Positions 30,324 to 41,876 of a stretch of DNA of 64,000 nt are shown here, in pieces. The position numbers were made by a program, and so were the translations under genes. This DNA is from an uncultured Gemmatimonadales bacterium (GTDB lineage: Bacteria > Gemmatimonadota > Gemmatimonadetes > Longimicrobiales > RSA9). The stretch spans positions 320,001 to 384,000 of the forward strand of contig CAWFKH010000005.1 of the NCBI GenBank assembly GCA_963816355.1, read 5' to 3'. Below the pieces are notes generated by a model, which saw nothing but the letters and a program-made list of their open reading frames with translations, did no database searches and had not been told where the DNA came from. Each line of letters begins with the position of its first letter. Position 1 is the stretch's first letter.

Positions 30324-33300
30324 TCAGAATCTCCAGTCGCGGAAGACGAAGAGGCCGAACACGCCGGTGGTGATCGGCGAGCTGAAGCGCACGAGCGACG
30401 GCGCGCTGGGCAGGAAGCGCGGCTCGAAGGATACGCGGCCGCCGTAGCCGCCCTGCGTCTTGTACTCGAGCCGGAGGCCGGGCTGGACGGCGGTGGGACG
30501 CACCTGCGCGGAGAGGAAGAGGTCGCTGGTGAGGTACTTCCCCACGTCGAACTCGGTGCCGCGCAGCACGGTGCCGAAGCCGCCGAGCGAGAGCTCGGGC
30601 GGCAGGTCGGCGGGGGTGATGCTGAAGACGTCGAGGCCGAGTCCGCGGGTGGCGTTGCGCTGCGCCTGTCCGACGAGCGCGCCGAACGCGACCGTCGTGA
30701 GCTGCTGCGTCGCGAGCGCGGCCACGGAGCCGACGAGCTGTCCGCTGCTCGTGCCCTGTCCGGAGAGGGCCGAGCCCTGCTGCTGCAGCAGGGAGGAGGA
30801 GGAGCGGCCGAACGCGAGGTAGCTGATCAGGTCGGACTGCGAGATCGGCGGCTGCGCGTCGCTATCGAGGGAGACGCGGAGCTGGTCGAGCGTGCCGCCC
30901 ACGAGGATGCGGATCTCCAGCGCCTCGCGGCCGGGGAGCTGCACCTGGTGGGCCGCGGTGATCTGCACCTGTGGATCGACCGGCGTGGTGCCGATGAAGC
31001 GGACCGACCCGTTCTTGAGCAGGAATCGACGGCCCATGAAGGTGTAGTCGCCGCGCTCCGTCGCCACCACACCCCTCAGCTGCAGGCCGCGGCCGCTCGG
31101 CGCGTAGTGCACCGCGACGTGGCCGAACTCCTCCGGCGTGTACACCTCGACGTTGGCCGCGCTGGTGCGCACCCACGTGTCGCGCGCGACGGTCATGTCC
31201 ACGGCGACATCCAGGTTGCGCAGGAGCGGTGACGCGTAGCGTGGCAGCAGCACGCGCTCCGCCGCGACCGTCGTGTCCGCGAGCGCGATCAGCGCGGGGT
31301 CGTCGTCCGAAATGAGCCGCTGCTGCGTCTGGTCGAGGTAGAGCGTGCCGCCCTCGATGCGGGCGTCGCCGGTGACGCGCACGGAATCGGGCGGGCCGCG
31401 GATCGCGAGGTCGAGATCGGCGCGCAGGCGGCCGTGCTCGTTGTCCAGGACGACGGCCTCGTCCGTCGTGATCGCGAGGGCGAGGCGCGGATTCGCGAGG
31501 GAGGCGAGCCCGATGCCGCCGGTCACACGAACGAGCCCGCCGCCGCTGCGGCCGACGAGCGAGTCGACCGCGATCGAATCGCCGGCGAACTCGAGGCGTC
31601 CCACGGCGGCGTCCAGGGCGACGCCCAGCGGCTCGATCCGGAAGCCGCCGTGGCCCAGCGTGACCTCGCCGTCGAGCTTCGGCGCCTGGACCGTTCCGCC
31701 GACCTGCACGTCGCCTGCGACGACACCGCGCAGGGCGCTGATGGCGGGGAAGACGTCCGGCAGCCGCTCGAGCGGCAGGCTGTCGGTGACGATCTCGGCG
31801 TCCACGGGCCGGTCGGGCAGCAGCGGGCCGGTGCGGTCCGTGAAGGCGAGGTCGATCGGCATCGTACCGCGGAGGCGGGCGATGCGCTGCTCGCCCGCGA
31901 GGACGGGCGGCGGCGCGGCGCTGTCGGCGAGGTCGAGCGGCGGCCGGCTCCACGCGCCGGCGGTGTCCGCGCGCGCGGCGAGGCGGGCGGCGACGGTGTC
32001 GGCGAGCGGCGTGAAGAGGCCGGCGTCGGCGCGCAGTGTCCGGTCGGCGTAGGCGAAGCGGGCCGACGAGGTCGGGGAGCGGACGCTCGCCGTAGGCGGC
32101 GCCGAGGAGCGTCGCGCTGCCGTCGAAGAGCGGGGCCTGGCGGGTTCCGCGGAGACGCGTGTGGAGCGAGAGCATGCCGCGGGCGGGGATCGAGTCCTGG
32201 AGCAGGGCGAGGACGTGGCCGACCTGCAGGCGGTCGATCGCGACATCGAGCCGCGACGGGCCCTGCACGGGCAGGCGGCCGTCGACGTAGATGCGGCCGC
32301 CCGCGTCGTCGCGCAGCTCGATCGAGTCGACGGCCACGCCGCGGCCGCGCCACGTGACGGCGCCCGGGTGGGCGGAGTGCCAGCGGGTGGAGTCGAAGCG
32401 GAGCGCGACGTCGTGGAGGCGCACGTCCCGGCGGTCGAGTTGCAGCGTGTAGTCCGCGGCGAGCTCGTAGTCGCGCAGCGTGTCCTGCCAGATGGCGACC
32501 TTGGCAGTGCCCGTGCCGCCGCCCGGGCTGGAGGGGAAGCCGCTCTGCCCCACCTGTGCGTGCACGCTGTCGAGGGCGAAGCCGAGTGCGAATACGGAGT
32601 CGAGCTGCGCGTCCAGCTCGACGCGCTGCGCCGACGTGCTCACGCCGAGCCACGCGTAGTCGAGGTCTCCCGCCCGCACCGCGTTGCCGGCGATCACGAC
32701 GCGGTCGAGGCGGGCGCGGCCGTGCAGGTCGAAGCCGTCGAGGCTGCCGGCGAGCGTGCCCTCGGCGCGCAAGGCGCCGGCGAGGGAGTCCTTCGGCAGG
32801 GGTGTCACGGTATCGACGGGCGGCATCGGCGGCGGCGCCTGGTTCGTCGCGGCGCGCGCGACGGCGGTGGCGTTGGCGATGCGGACCGAGTCGGCGCGGG
32901 CGCTCTCGATGCGGGAGCGCGCGATCGCCGGCCGCGGGCTCACCACGCCGGTGTCGCCGGGCAGCCACGCCGCAAAATCGCGCAGCGAGTCGACGTTCAC
33001 CACGTAGTGCAGCGTGCCGGTGCGGCCGCCCACGAGGCCGAAGCGGCCGTCGAGCGAGGTGGTGCCGGAGGCGAGCGCGACGCGCGCGGTGTCGACGACG
33101 GCGAGGCCGTCCGCGACCGAGCCGCGCAGCAGGACCGTGTCGACCGCGACACCGCGGGTGGAGAAGCGGGCGAGGTCCGCGTCGACGTGCGCGTTCATCG
33201 TCGCCGGGTCGAAGCCCCGCCCGCGGGCGACGATGCGGCCGGTGAGCGACGCCGCCGGCGCGCGTTCGGACAGCGCGTCGGTGCGCACGCCGCGCAGCTG

Positions 33301-35025
33301 CGTCGCGACGTCGTAACGCACCGGCCCACCGCCGAGGCCGACGCTGCCCTGCGCCTCGATGGCGCCGCCCTGCGCGAGCGCCAGGTCGGTGGTGAAGCTC
33401 AGGTCGGAGAGCGCGCCGCGGGCTCGCAGCGTTCCGGTCGCGTCGCCGCGCAGCCGCGCGCCGGGCGCGAAGCGGTTGACGACGGCGAGGTCGAGCGGTT
33501 GCGCGCGCAGCGCGAGGTCGATGCGCGTCGGATGCAGCGCGACGGTGCCGTGGCCGGTGAGGTGGGAGCGCAGCGAACCGTTCCGGTGCACGAGGTCGGC
33601 GTCCGCGGCGAGGCGCGTCCTAGTCGAGCCGGTGAGCGTGGCCGTGCCGGTGAGCGTGCCGCCGAGCGGCAGCCCCGGCCACGCGACGCGGGCGAGGTCG
33701 ACCTGCAGCGGCTCGAGCCGCACGCGCAGCGCCCGCGCCTCCACGCCGCCGCCGAAGCCGACGGTGCCGTTCGCGGCGACGTGGCTGCGGCCGGAGCGCG
33801 CGCCGTCGAAGACAATGTCGCCGTTCACGGCCAGCGCGCGCGGCGTGCCGGCGAGGCGGACGTCGCCCGCGAGCGCGCCGCGGCGCGGGAAATCGAGCGC
33901 GGGCACGAGCCGCTCGAGCAGGGCGGTGCCGACGTGGCCGAAGCTCAGGTGCGTGTCGTGGAAGCGGAGCGTGTCGCCGAAGACGACGCCGAGGTCGCCC
34001 TCGACGCGGGCATCGCCGATGCGCACGCGGGAGTCGCGCGCCACGACCTCCATCAGGCGCTGGCCGCGGCGGAAGGTGCCGCGGAAGACGGCGGTGCCGC
34101 TGTCCGGCAGCGCCGGGTAGGCCCAGCGCAGGTCGGCGAGCGCGGCGGGGTCGGCGGCGGCGCCGATCCTCACGCGTCCCTCGGCCGTGTTGATGGCGCC
34201 GTCGAGCGCGATCGCGGACGCGGGCAGGCGGACGCGCACATCGTGGATGCGCAGCGTGTCGCCGACCACGGTGATGGCGCCGCGCAGGTCCTGGACGTGA
34301 GCCACGGGCGGCAGCCACGGGGCGGCGATCATGCGCAGCCGCGCGATCTCGGCGCGGATGCCGGCGCTGTCCGGGTCGACGAGGCGAAGCAGCGGCAGGC
34401 GGGCGTACACATCGCGGAAGAGCATCACCTGCTGCAGGCCGCCGGGCACGCGCTCGACGCGCAGGCGCGTGCTGTCCGAGAGCGCGGCCGCGACGGCCGC
34501 GCGGCGCGTCGCCTCGCCGAGCGAGTCGGGGGGAGACCACGGGCGCCGCAGCGTGAAGCGCGCGTCGTCGAGGACGAGGTCGTGGATGTGGATGTTGGCG
34601 GCGAAGCCGGTCTTCGGCCCCGTCGCGCTCGCATTGCCGGGGAAGATGCGCGCGTAGTTCCACTCGCCGCCGGGCCGCTTGTCGAGCACGACGCGCGCGT
34701 TCACCAGCCGCAGCCCCTGCAGGTCGAGGCGGCGCGACAGCAGCGTCGCGAGGCGGTACCGTCCGGCCACCGTGTCAGCGCTGAGGAACGGCCGGCCGGC
34801 GCTGTCGGCAATCGCGAGATCCGTGAGCGTGATGCCGTTCAGCAGGTTGCCGCTCACGCCGCCAATGTGGACGCGGCCGTGGACGCTTTTCTCGAGCTGC
34901 TGAAGGGCGAGGCGGCGGATGCGCTCGTGGCCGAAGCGCGTCTGCGTCAGCACGAAGATCGCGACAACGACCAGCGCGAGCAGTCCGCCGATCACGTACA
35001 GCCCGACGCGGGCGGCGCGCCGCAT
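30324..35025 (-). CDS. tamB: Translocation/assembly module TamB-like protein; +1 frameshift near 32065
   Basis: N-terminal TM, long beta-rich body, C-terminal DUF490-like region (GDYTFMGRRF, VGKYLT); two overlapping frames join at LPDL/ARFAYAD. Confidence 0.85.
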
Positions 35026-37235
35026 CAGAACGCCTGCCCGATGGAGAGGTGGAGGCGGAGCCGGTCGATGACCTGGCGGAAGAGGCCGCCGCCACCGCCG
35101 ATCGGGTCGAACAGCTTGGTCTGCTGCAGCCGCACGAGCTGCAGCGTGCCGTCGGGGCCGGGCACCTGCGTCACCACGGGAAGCCGCTCGCGCAGCGTCG
35201 GCTTGATGCCGAGGTCGACGCGGATCGCGCCGACCGGAGAGCGATAGCGCACGCCGAAGCCGGGGGTGGCCGCGGCGTGGCCGCCGCGGAACGGGTTGCC
35301 GGCGTTGCCCACGGCGCCCGCGTCGAGGAAGACGGCGCCGGCGAGCGCGCCGAAGAGCGGGAATCGGTACTCGATGCTGCCCTCGACCACGCTGTTGCCG
35401 CCGAGCGGCGCGGGGTTGAAGGCGCTGGAAGGCACGCCGGCCGGATCACAGGTAGCGGCGGCGATCGTCTCGATCGTGCAGGGATTCGCCCGCGTGGTGT
35501 CGGTCAGCTCCGTGGGATCGATCGTGAGCACGCGGGGGCCGAGCTGGTTCTCGCCGTAGCCGCGGACGGAGCGGGAGCCGCCGGCGTAGAAGCGCTTGCG
35601 CGGGTGCACGAGGTCCGCCGCCCCGCTCACGCCGAGCGCCGCTTCGGTGCTGGAGAGGGGGCCGATCCAGCCGAAGCGGAGGTGGCCGGCAAGCACGCGG
35701 CCGCCGGAGAGCGGCAGGTAGCGCGTCCCTTCGGCCGCGACGCGGTCGTAGCGGAAGTCGGAGGCGGTCAAGCGGGACGCGTGCTCGAGGTCGACGCGGA
35801 TGCGGTAGCCGGAGCTGGGGTCGAGCGGCTGGTCGGTGCGCGCGGCGTTGAAGCTGAGCGTGAGCGGCGACAGCGTGCGCGAGCCGCGCAGCGCCTCGAT
35901 CGTCTGCGGCACGCAGATGCCGTAGTCGACGCAGTAGTAGACGTCGCCCGCGGCGACGCGCGTCACCTCGAAGTGGTAGTCGAGGCTGGCGGTGATGTCG
36001 CTGGCGACGTGGCGGGTGAAGGAGGCGCTGGCGCCGTAGCCGCGGTCGACGACGATGCCCGGCACGATGCGGCGGTGGGCGAACACGCTCACGCCGATCG
36101 AGTTGCGCGGCGAGTTGAACCACGGCTGCCTCACCTCGACGCTCGCCTGCCAGGTGGGCACCAGGAACGAGCGCTCCGCGCCCGCGATGAAGCCGCTGGC
36201 GACGCTGTGCTGGAAGATACCCGCGCCGTTGAGCTGCGGCGCGAGCAGGTTGCCGAAGACGCCCCGGAGCTCCAGATGGCGCGCGCCGCCGCCCAGGTTG
36301 TACGCCGTGTACTGCGCTTCCGCCTGGCCGAAGTCGAGCGTGTTGAAGCCGGCGCTCAGCCGCGCGCCGTGCATTGGCGCCTCGTGCACGCTCACGACGA
36401 CCTGCTTGGAGGAGTCCCCCTGCGGCGCGACCTCGATCGTCGCGAGCCGGAAGAGGTCCGACGTGTAGAGGTTGCGCTGGCTCTCCACCACGTCCTTCAG
36501 GCGGTAGAGCTTGCCCGGTCCGAGCGTCAGCAGGTTGCGGATCGTCGCGGCGCTGACGTTCTCGTTGCCGCGCACCACGATCGTGTCCACCGTCGTCAGC
36601 GCGCCGGGAACGAGGTAGACGCGCACCTCCGCCCGCCGCGAGTCCGGCGCGATCGCGATCGTGTCCGTCACGAGCGCGTCGGCGTAGCCGCGGTCCCACA
36701 ACGCGTTGCGCAGCTTCAGCTCGGCGGAGTCCAGCTTGATCAGGTCGAGCCGCTCGTCCGGCCGCGGCACGCGCGCGCCCCGCACGGTGCCGGACGGCAG
36801 CACGGAGTCGTGCTGCACGACGCGGCTCCGCGCGACGAGCGTGGGCGGCCCCTCCGTGACATCGAAGACGACATCGACCTCGTCGGCGTCCGCGCCTCCG
36901 ACGACGTGCGACGCGACCGCGGCCTCGCGATAGCCGCGCTCGTAGTAGAGCACGCGCAGGCGCAACTCGTCGCGCGTCAGCTCGGCCCGATCGAGGAAGT
37001 GGCGCTCGACGAAGCTGGGCGAGTCGCTGATCCAGCAGAACGGCGCGATCAGCACGCTGCGGCACCGCGAGGCGTGCGTCGCGATCGCCTGCTTCAACTG
37101 GTCCTCGTCGATGCGGTGCACGCCGTTGAACCGGATCGACACGATGCGAGGGTGCTCGACCGCCTGAGCCCGGCCCGCGGCCACCGCCGCCTGCGAAAGC
37201 GCGAGCGCCAACGCGACAGCCACCCCAACGCGCAC
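35025..37235 (-). CDS. BamA/TamA family outer-membrane protein (POTRA + Omp85)
   Basis: AAGGAG RBS, POTRA repeats, FYAGGSRSVRGY, PVGAIRVD and C-terminal IGQAF. Confidence 0.92.
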   Translation of the reverse strand: MRVGVAVALALALSQAAVAAGRAQAVEHPRIVSIRFNGVHRIDEDQLKQAIATHASRCRSVLIAPFCWISDSPSFVERHFLDRAELTRDELRLRVLYYERGYREAAVASHVVGGADADEVDVVFDVTEGPPTLVARSRVVQHDSVLPSGTVRGARVPRPDERLDLIKLDSAELKLRNALWDRGYADALVTDTIAIAPDSRRAEVRVYLVPGALTTVDTIVVRGNENVSAATIRNLLTLGPGKLYRLKDVVESQRNLYTSDLFRLATIEVAPQGDSSKQVVVSVHEAPMHGARLSAGFNTLDFGQAEAQYTAYNLGGGARHLELRGVFGNLLAPQLNGAGIFQHSVASGFIAGAERSFLVPTWQASVEVRQPWFNSPRNSIGVSVFAHRRIVPGIVVDRGYGASASFTRHVASDITASLDYHFEVTRVAAGDVYYCVDYGICVPQTIEALRGSRTLSPLTLSFNAARTDQPLDPSSGYRIRVDLEHASRLTASDFRYDRVAAEGTRYLPLSGGRVLAGHLRFGWIGPLSSTEAALGVSGAADLVHPRKRFYAGGSRSVRGYGENQLGPRVLTIDPTELTDTTRANPCTIETIAAATCDPAGVPSSAFNPAPLGGNSVVEGSIEYRFPLFGALAGAVFLDAGAVGNAGNPFRGGHAAATPGFGVRYRSPVGAIRVDLGIKPTLRERLPVVTQVPGPDGTLQLVRLQQTKLFDPIGGGGGLFRQVIDRLRLHLSIGQAF

Positions 37236-37472
37236 GGCCGACTCCTTCGTCCCTGCGGTTCCACCACCGGCCCCCCGCCAGCGGTCCGGGGGCTTCGTGC
37301 GCAAGAGTCGTTCTAGCACGCCGCGCGCACGGCGCCGAGGCCACCCGGCCGCCCGCTGCGGCGGCCGCCGGGCTGCGTGGCGGCGCGGCCCGAACGGCGG
37401 CCACCACGCGGCGTGGCGGCGGCGGCGTTATCTTGCTCGACGGACCGATCGCTCCCCGAAACCCGAGTGACG

Positions 37473-37922
37473 ATGTCGTTCTTCTTCATGGCGCACTCCG
37501 GCGTCCGCTACCTCGTGCTCCTCGCGGCCGTCGCCGTTCTCGTGCAGGCGCTCGTCGCCGCCGCGCGCGGCCGGCCGTACGACCGCGCGGGGTCGCTGCT
37601 CATGCGCGTCTTCGTCGGCGTCGTCGATCTGCAGGTGCTGCTCGGCGTGCTCACGCTGCTGACGCGTCCGTTCTTCCCGGCGCTGGCCGGCCACATCACG
37701 ATGATGGTGCTCGCCGCCGCCGTCGCCCACGTCACGGTGGCGATCAACCGGCGGCGCCCGGATGGGCGCGGCTACCGGCGGCAGCTCGTCGGCGTGGCGC
37801 TCTCGCTGGTCCTCATCGTGGGCGGCATCCTCGCGATCGGCCGGCCGCTGATCGGAGGGGGAACGCCGGCGGCGGCGGGGGTATCCGGTAGCTCAGGGGC
37901 ACAAGGTCCCGAGCGCGGCTGA
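37473..37922 (+). CDS. Four-TM membrane protein
   Basis: AHSGVRYLVL, DLQVLLG and GHITMM. Confidence 0.75.
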   Translation: MSFFFMAHSGVRYLVLLAAVAVLVQALVAAARGRPYDRAGSLLMRVFVGVVDLQVLLGVLTLLTRPFFPALAGHITMMVLAAAVAHVTVAINRRRPDGRGYRRQLVGVALSLVLIVGGILAIGRPLIGGGTPAAAGVSGSSGAQGPERG

Positions 37923-37936
37923 GGGCGGCGGAGCCG

Positions 37937-39802
37937 ATGATGAAGGAGAACGGAAAGAAGCGGGGGCTGGGCGACGCGAGCGTGCGGCGCGACGCGCGCG
38001 CGCTGATGTGGACGCACCGGCGGCCGCTCGCGATCGGCTTCGCCATCATGCTCGTGAACCGGCTCGCCGGCCTCGTCCTGCCCGTCAGCTCGAAGTACGT
38101 GGTCGACGACGTGCTGGGCCGCGGCCGCTCCGACCTCCTGATCCCGCTCGCCATGGCGGCGCTCGCGGCCACGCTGGTGCAGGCGGTCTCCTCCTTCGCG
38201 CTGTCGCAGGTGGTGAGCGTGGCCGGGCAGCGCGCGATCGCGCGCATGCGACGCCGCGTCGAGGCGCACGTGCTGCGGCTGCCGGCGTCGTATTTCGACA
38301 ACACCAAGTCCGGCATCCTGATCTCGCGCGTGATGACCGACCCGGAGGGGATCCGCAACCTCGTCGGGACGGGGATCGTGCAGCTCGTGGGCGGGCTGAT
38401 CACCGCGTCGATCGCCCTCGCCTGGCTCTACCACCTGAACTGGCGTCTCACGTCGATGACGCTGGTGCTGCTGCTCTCCTTCGCCGGCGCCATGACGTTC
38501 GCGTTCCGCTACCTGCGGCCGATCTTCCGCGAGCGCGGCGAGCTGACGGCGCAGACGACCGGGCGCCTGGCCGAAGCGCTGGGCGGCGTTCGTACGGTCA
38601 AGATCTACACCGCCGAGAAGCGCGAGGAGCGCGTCTTCGGGCGCAACGTGCACCGGCTCTTCCGCAACATCGCGCGCACGATCACCGGCGCCTCGGCCAT
38701 CTCGGCGGTGTCGTCCGTGATCGTCGGCGGCGTGGGCATCCTGATCATGGTGGTGGGCGGACGCGCCGTGCAGGCGGGCACGATGACGGTGGGCGACCTG
38801 GTGCAGTACACGATCTTCGTCGGCATCATGGTGGCGCCGCTGGTCCAGATCGCGGGGATCGGCACGCAGATCAGCGAAGCGTTCGCCGGCCTCGACCGCA
38901 TCCGCGAGCTGCTGCAGATGCCGACGGAGGTGGCGAGCGACGGCGAGCGCGCGCGCATAGGCGAAGTGGAGGGCGACGTCGTCTTCGAGGAGGTGGACTT
39001 CGAGTACAGGCCGGACACGCCGGTGTTGCGATCGGTCTCCTTCCGGGCGCCGGCGGGCACGACGACGGCGCTGGTCGGGCCGAGCGGGTCGGGGAAGAGC
39101 ACGCTGATCGGGCTGGTGATGGGGTTCCAGACGCCCGCGGCGGGGCGCGTCATGGTCGACGGCCACGACCTGCGCGCGGTGCGCCTGCGCGACTACCGCG
39201 CGCAGCTCGGCGTGGTGTTGCAGGACAACTTCCTCTTCGACGGCACGGTCCAGGAGAACATCGCCTTCTCGCGGCCGGGCGCGACTCCTGCAGAGGTGCG
39301 CGAAGCAGCCCGCATCGCCCACGCCGACGAGTTCATCGGCCGCTTCGAGGACGGCTACGACACGGTGGTGGGCGAGCGTGGCGTGAAGCTGTCCGGCGGC
39401 CAGCGCCAGCGCATCGCGATCGCGCGCGCGATCCTCGCCGACCCGCGGATCCTGATCCTCGACGAGGCGACGTCGTCGCTCGACAGCGAGAGCGAGGCGC
39501 TGATCCGCGACGGGCTCCGCTCGCTGCGCCGCGGCCGCACGACGTTCGTGATCGCGCACCGGCTCTCGACGATCCAGAGCGCGGACCAGATCCTGGTCCT
39601 CGACGACGGTCGCATCGTGGAGCGGGGCTCGCACGCGGAGCTGCGCAACGCGGGCGGCCTCTACCAGCGCCTCTACGAGACGCAGTACCGCGCGGAGCTG
39701 GACAGCTTCATCAACCCGGGTGAGGATTTCACGCCCGAGCCGGAGGAAGCCGGGAGGAAAGGGGCCGCGCGCATGGGCGCGGCGGGTCTCCGTTCGCTAT
39801 AG
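37937..39802 (+). CDS. ABC transporter, fused TMD+NBD (MsbA-like exporter)
   Basis: GPSGSGKS, LSGGQRQR, ILDEATS and IAHRLST. Confidence 0.95.
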   Translation: MMKENGKKRGLGDASVRRDARALMWTHRRPLAIGFAIMLVNRLAGLVLPVSSKYVVDDVLGRGRSDLLIPLAMAALAATLVQAVSSFALSQVVSVAGQRAIARMRRRVEAHVLRLPASYFDNTKSGILISRVMTDPEGIRNLVGTGIVQLVGGLITASIALAWLYHLNWRLTSMTLVLLLSFAGAMTFAFRYLRPIFRERGELTAQTTGRLAEALGGVRTVKIYTAEKREERVFGRNVHRLFRNIARTITGASAISAVSSVIVGGVGILIMVVGGRAVQAGTMTVGDLVQYTIFVGIMVAPLVQIAGIGTQISEAFAGLDRIRELLQMPTEVASDGERARIGEVEGDVVFEEVDFEYRPDTPVLRSVSFRAPAGTTTALVGPSGSGKSTLIGLVMGFQTPAAGRVMVDGHDLRAVRLRDYRAQLGVVLQDNFLFDGTVQENIAFSRPGATPAEVREAARIAHADEFIGRFEDGYDTVVGERGVKLSGGQRQRIAIARAILADPRILILDEATSSLDSESEALIRDGLRSLRRGRTTFVIAHRLSTIQSADQILVLDDGRIVERGSHAELRNAGGLYQRLYETQYRAELDSFINPGEDFTPEPEEAGRKGAARMGAAGLRSL

Positions 39803-39830
39803 CGGATCGCCGGATCCGCCGGAGGTCGAG

Positions 39831-40556
39831 ATGGACGACGACGTGAAGAGGGGGGAGACCTTCCTCGCCGCGTTGCACGCGCGCGGCGTGCGCCGCATCC
39901 GGCACGTGCGCTTCAAGGAGAACCGGCACGTGCTGCTCTCGGTTTCGCGCGACCGCTCCACGCTGAACGCGCACCGCTGCTTCGCACGCGCGCCGCGCTC
40001 CGTACTCGACGCGATCGCAGCCTTCCTCAAGGCGCGCCGCGGCAGCCCCGAGTACCGCGAGGCGCTCGAACGCATCCGCTCCTGGCCGGGCGGCGTCGCC
40101 GCCATCCGGGAGACCCGGCGACGGGCGCGCGACGCCGCGATCCGGGCCGCGGCGCGCGCCGGCGCCACGCGCGACGGCGTCGCGATGGAGGAGCACCGGC
40201 GACTGCGCTCGCTCTACCTGCGCCTCAACCGCGTCCATTTCCGCGGCCGCCTTCCCGACGACCTGCCGCTCCGCATCAGCTTCCGCATGTCGCGCCGCTT
40301 CGGCCAGGTGCAGCTCCACAACGGCGAGCGCGGCGAGCGCATCGCCCTCGAGCTCGCCGTCAACGCGGACCTGCTCCTGGCCGAGAACGAGCGCGAGCTC
40401 GTCGACACGCTGCTCCACGAGATGGCCCACGTCGAGGCGTGGATGCGCCACGGCGACCGCGGCCACGGCCCCGTGTGGAAGGCGGTCGCGCGCCGCGTCG
40501 GCTGCGAGGACAGCGCGTGCACCGCCACGCGCATCCGGCGCCGGCGTCGTCGCTAG
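39831..40556 (+). CDS. SprT-like zinc metalloprotease
   Basis: LNRVHF, TLLHEMAH and GHGPVWK; GGAGG RBS. Confidence 0.85.
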   Translation: MDDDVKRGETFLAALHARGVRRIRHVRFKENRHVLLSVSRDRSTLNAHRCFARAPRSVLDAIAAFLKARRGSPEYREALERIRSWPGGVAAIRETRRRARDAAIRAAARAGATRDGVAMEEHRRLRSLYLRLNRVHFRGRLPDDLPLRISFRMSRRFGQVQLHNGERGERIALELAVNADLLLAENERELVDTLLHEMAHVEAWMRHGDRGHGPVWKAVARRVGCEDSACTATRIRRRRRR

Positions 40557-40581
40557 GGCCGCCGCGCCGCCTTCCACGTCC

Positions 40582-40824
40582 ATGATCCTCCCCGCCCACG
40601 ACCCGCTCGACGAGCGCTTCCCGCTCGGCGACGGCACGGCCGAGACGAGCGGCGCCGCCCTCTGCCCGTACTGCGGCGAAGCGGTCGAGCTCGCGCTCGA
40701 TCCCGGCGGCGGCGCGGACCAGCGCTACATCGAGGACTGCCCCGTGTGCTGCCGGCCGTGGCACGTCCGCGTCCGCTACCAGGACGACGGCTCCGCCCGC
40801 GTGGAGCTCGCCCCCGAGGATTGA
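40582..40824 (+). CDS. CPXCG-motif cysteine-rich protein
   Basis: CPYCGE...YIEDCPVCCRP. Confidence 0.85.
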   Translation: MILPAHDPLDERFPLGDGTAETSGAALCPYCGEAVELALDPGGGADQRYIEDCPVCCRPWHVRVRYQDDGSARVELAPED

Positions 40825-41111
40825 GCCGGCGGCGGTCGGCCGGCGGCGACCGACGGCCGCACCGGATCGTGCGGGGGCGAGCGGCCGGACACCGCCCGCG
40901 GGCCGCCCGTACCGCCGCCGCAACGCACCGTCCCGCCCTACCCCACGGCGGGCCCGCGCGTCCGCTATCTTTCCGCCCTCACGGCGCTTGCGACGGCGGC
41001 GGTTCCCGGCTATACCCTGAGCATCCGCGAGGCGCCGGGGAACCGTGCCAGACCGTCGCGGCTTCGCGATTCCGGACCCTTTCCGACGTACGACACCGAA
41101 TGGAGACGACC

Positions 41112-41876
41112 ATGCATCCTACGTCCTGGACGCGATCCCTCGCGCGCGGCGCGACCATCGCCGCCCTTCTCTGCTGCGCGGCGGCGCCCGCGCGCGCCCA
41201 GATTCCGGACACCTTCGTCAATCTGAAGGTGCTGCGGAAGGACATCAGCCGGCAGGAGCTGATCGGCGTCATGCGGGGCTTCTCGCTGGGCCTGGGCGTT
41301 CGCTGCAACTTCTGCCACGTGGGTGGCGACGGCACGTCGCTGCGCGGCGTCGACTTCAAGGCGGACAGCAGCATCCACAAGCGCAAGGCGCGCTTCATGT
41401 TGCGCATGGTCCGGATGCTCAACGACACGACGCTCGCGGGGCTCGAGGGGCGCTCCGACCCGCCGGTGCGCGTGAGCTGCGTGACGTGTCACCACGGCCA
41501 GTCGAAGCCGCGCCAGCTCGACGACGTGCTCGCCGAGACGGTCGCGCGGGCGGGGGCCGACAGCGCGATTGCGCAGTACCGCGACCTCAGGGAGCGCTAC
41601 TACGGTCAGGGCGTCTTCGACTTCGGTCCGCGCAGCCTGAACGACCTGGGCGAGACGCTCGCACGCGGCGGCAAGATGGACGAGGCGATCGCGATGCTGA
41701 AGCTGAACACGGAGCAGAACCCGGACTTCATGCCCTCCTACGAGGCGATCGGCGACGTCTACCTGCTGAAGAAGGAGCCGGCGAGCGCGATCCCGTTCTA
41801 CGAGAAGGCGCTCGAGTTGCAGCCGAACAACGACCGCGTCAAGGCGAAGCTGGAGCGGGTCAGGTCGGGCGGCTGA
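41112..41876 (+). CDS. Exported diheme c-type cytochrome with a C-terminal TPR
   Basis: Signal peptide, NLKVL, CNFCH and CVTCH, TPR (YEKALELQPNN). Confidence 0.85.
   Translation: MHPTSWTRSLARGATIAALLCCAAAPARAQIPDTFVNLKVLRKDISRQELIGVMRGFSLGLGVRCNFCHVGGDGTSLRGVDFKADSSIHKRKARFMLRMVRMLNDTTLAGLEGRSDPPVRVSCVTCHHGQSKPRQLDDVLAETVARAGADSAIAQYRDLRERYYGQGVFDFGPRSLNDLGETLARGGKMDEAIAMLKLNTEQNPDFMPSYEAIGDVYLLKKEPASAIPFYEKALELQPNNDRVKAKLERVRSGG

Noticed and set aside
41112..41876. Photosynthesis gene cluster (pufC)
   Set aside because: Only two heme motifs plus a TPR, and no puf/bch genes nearby.
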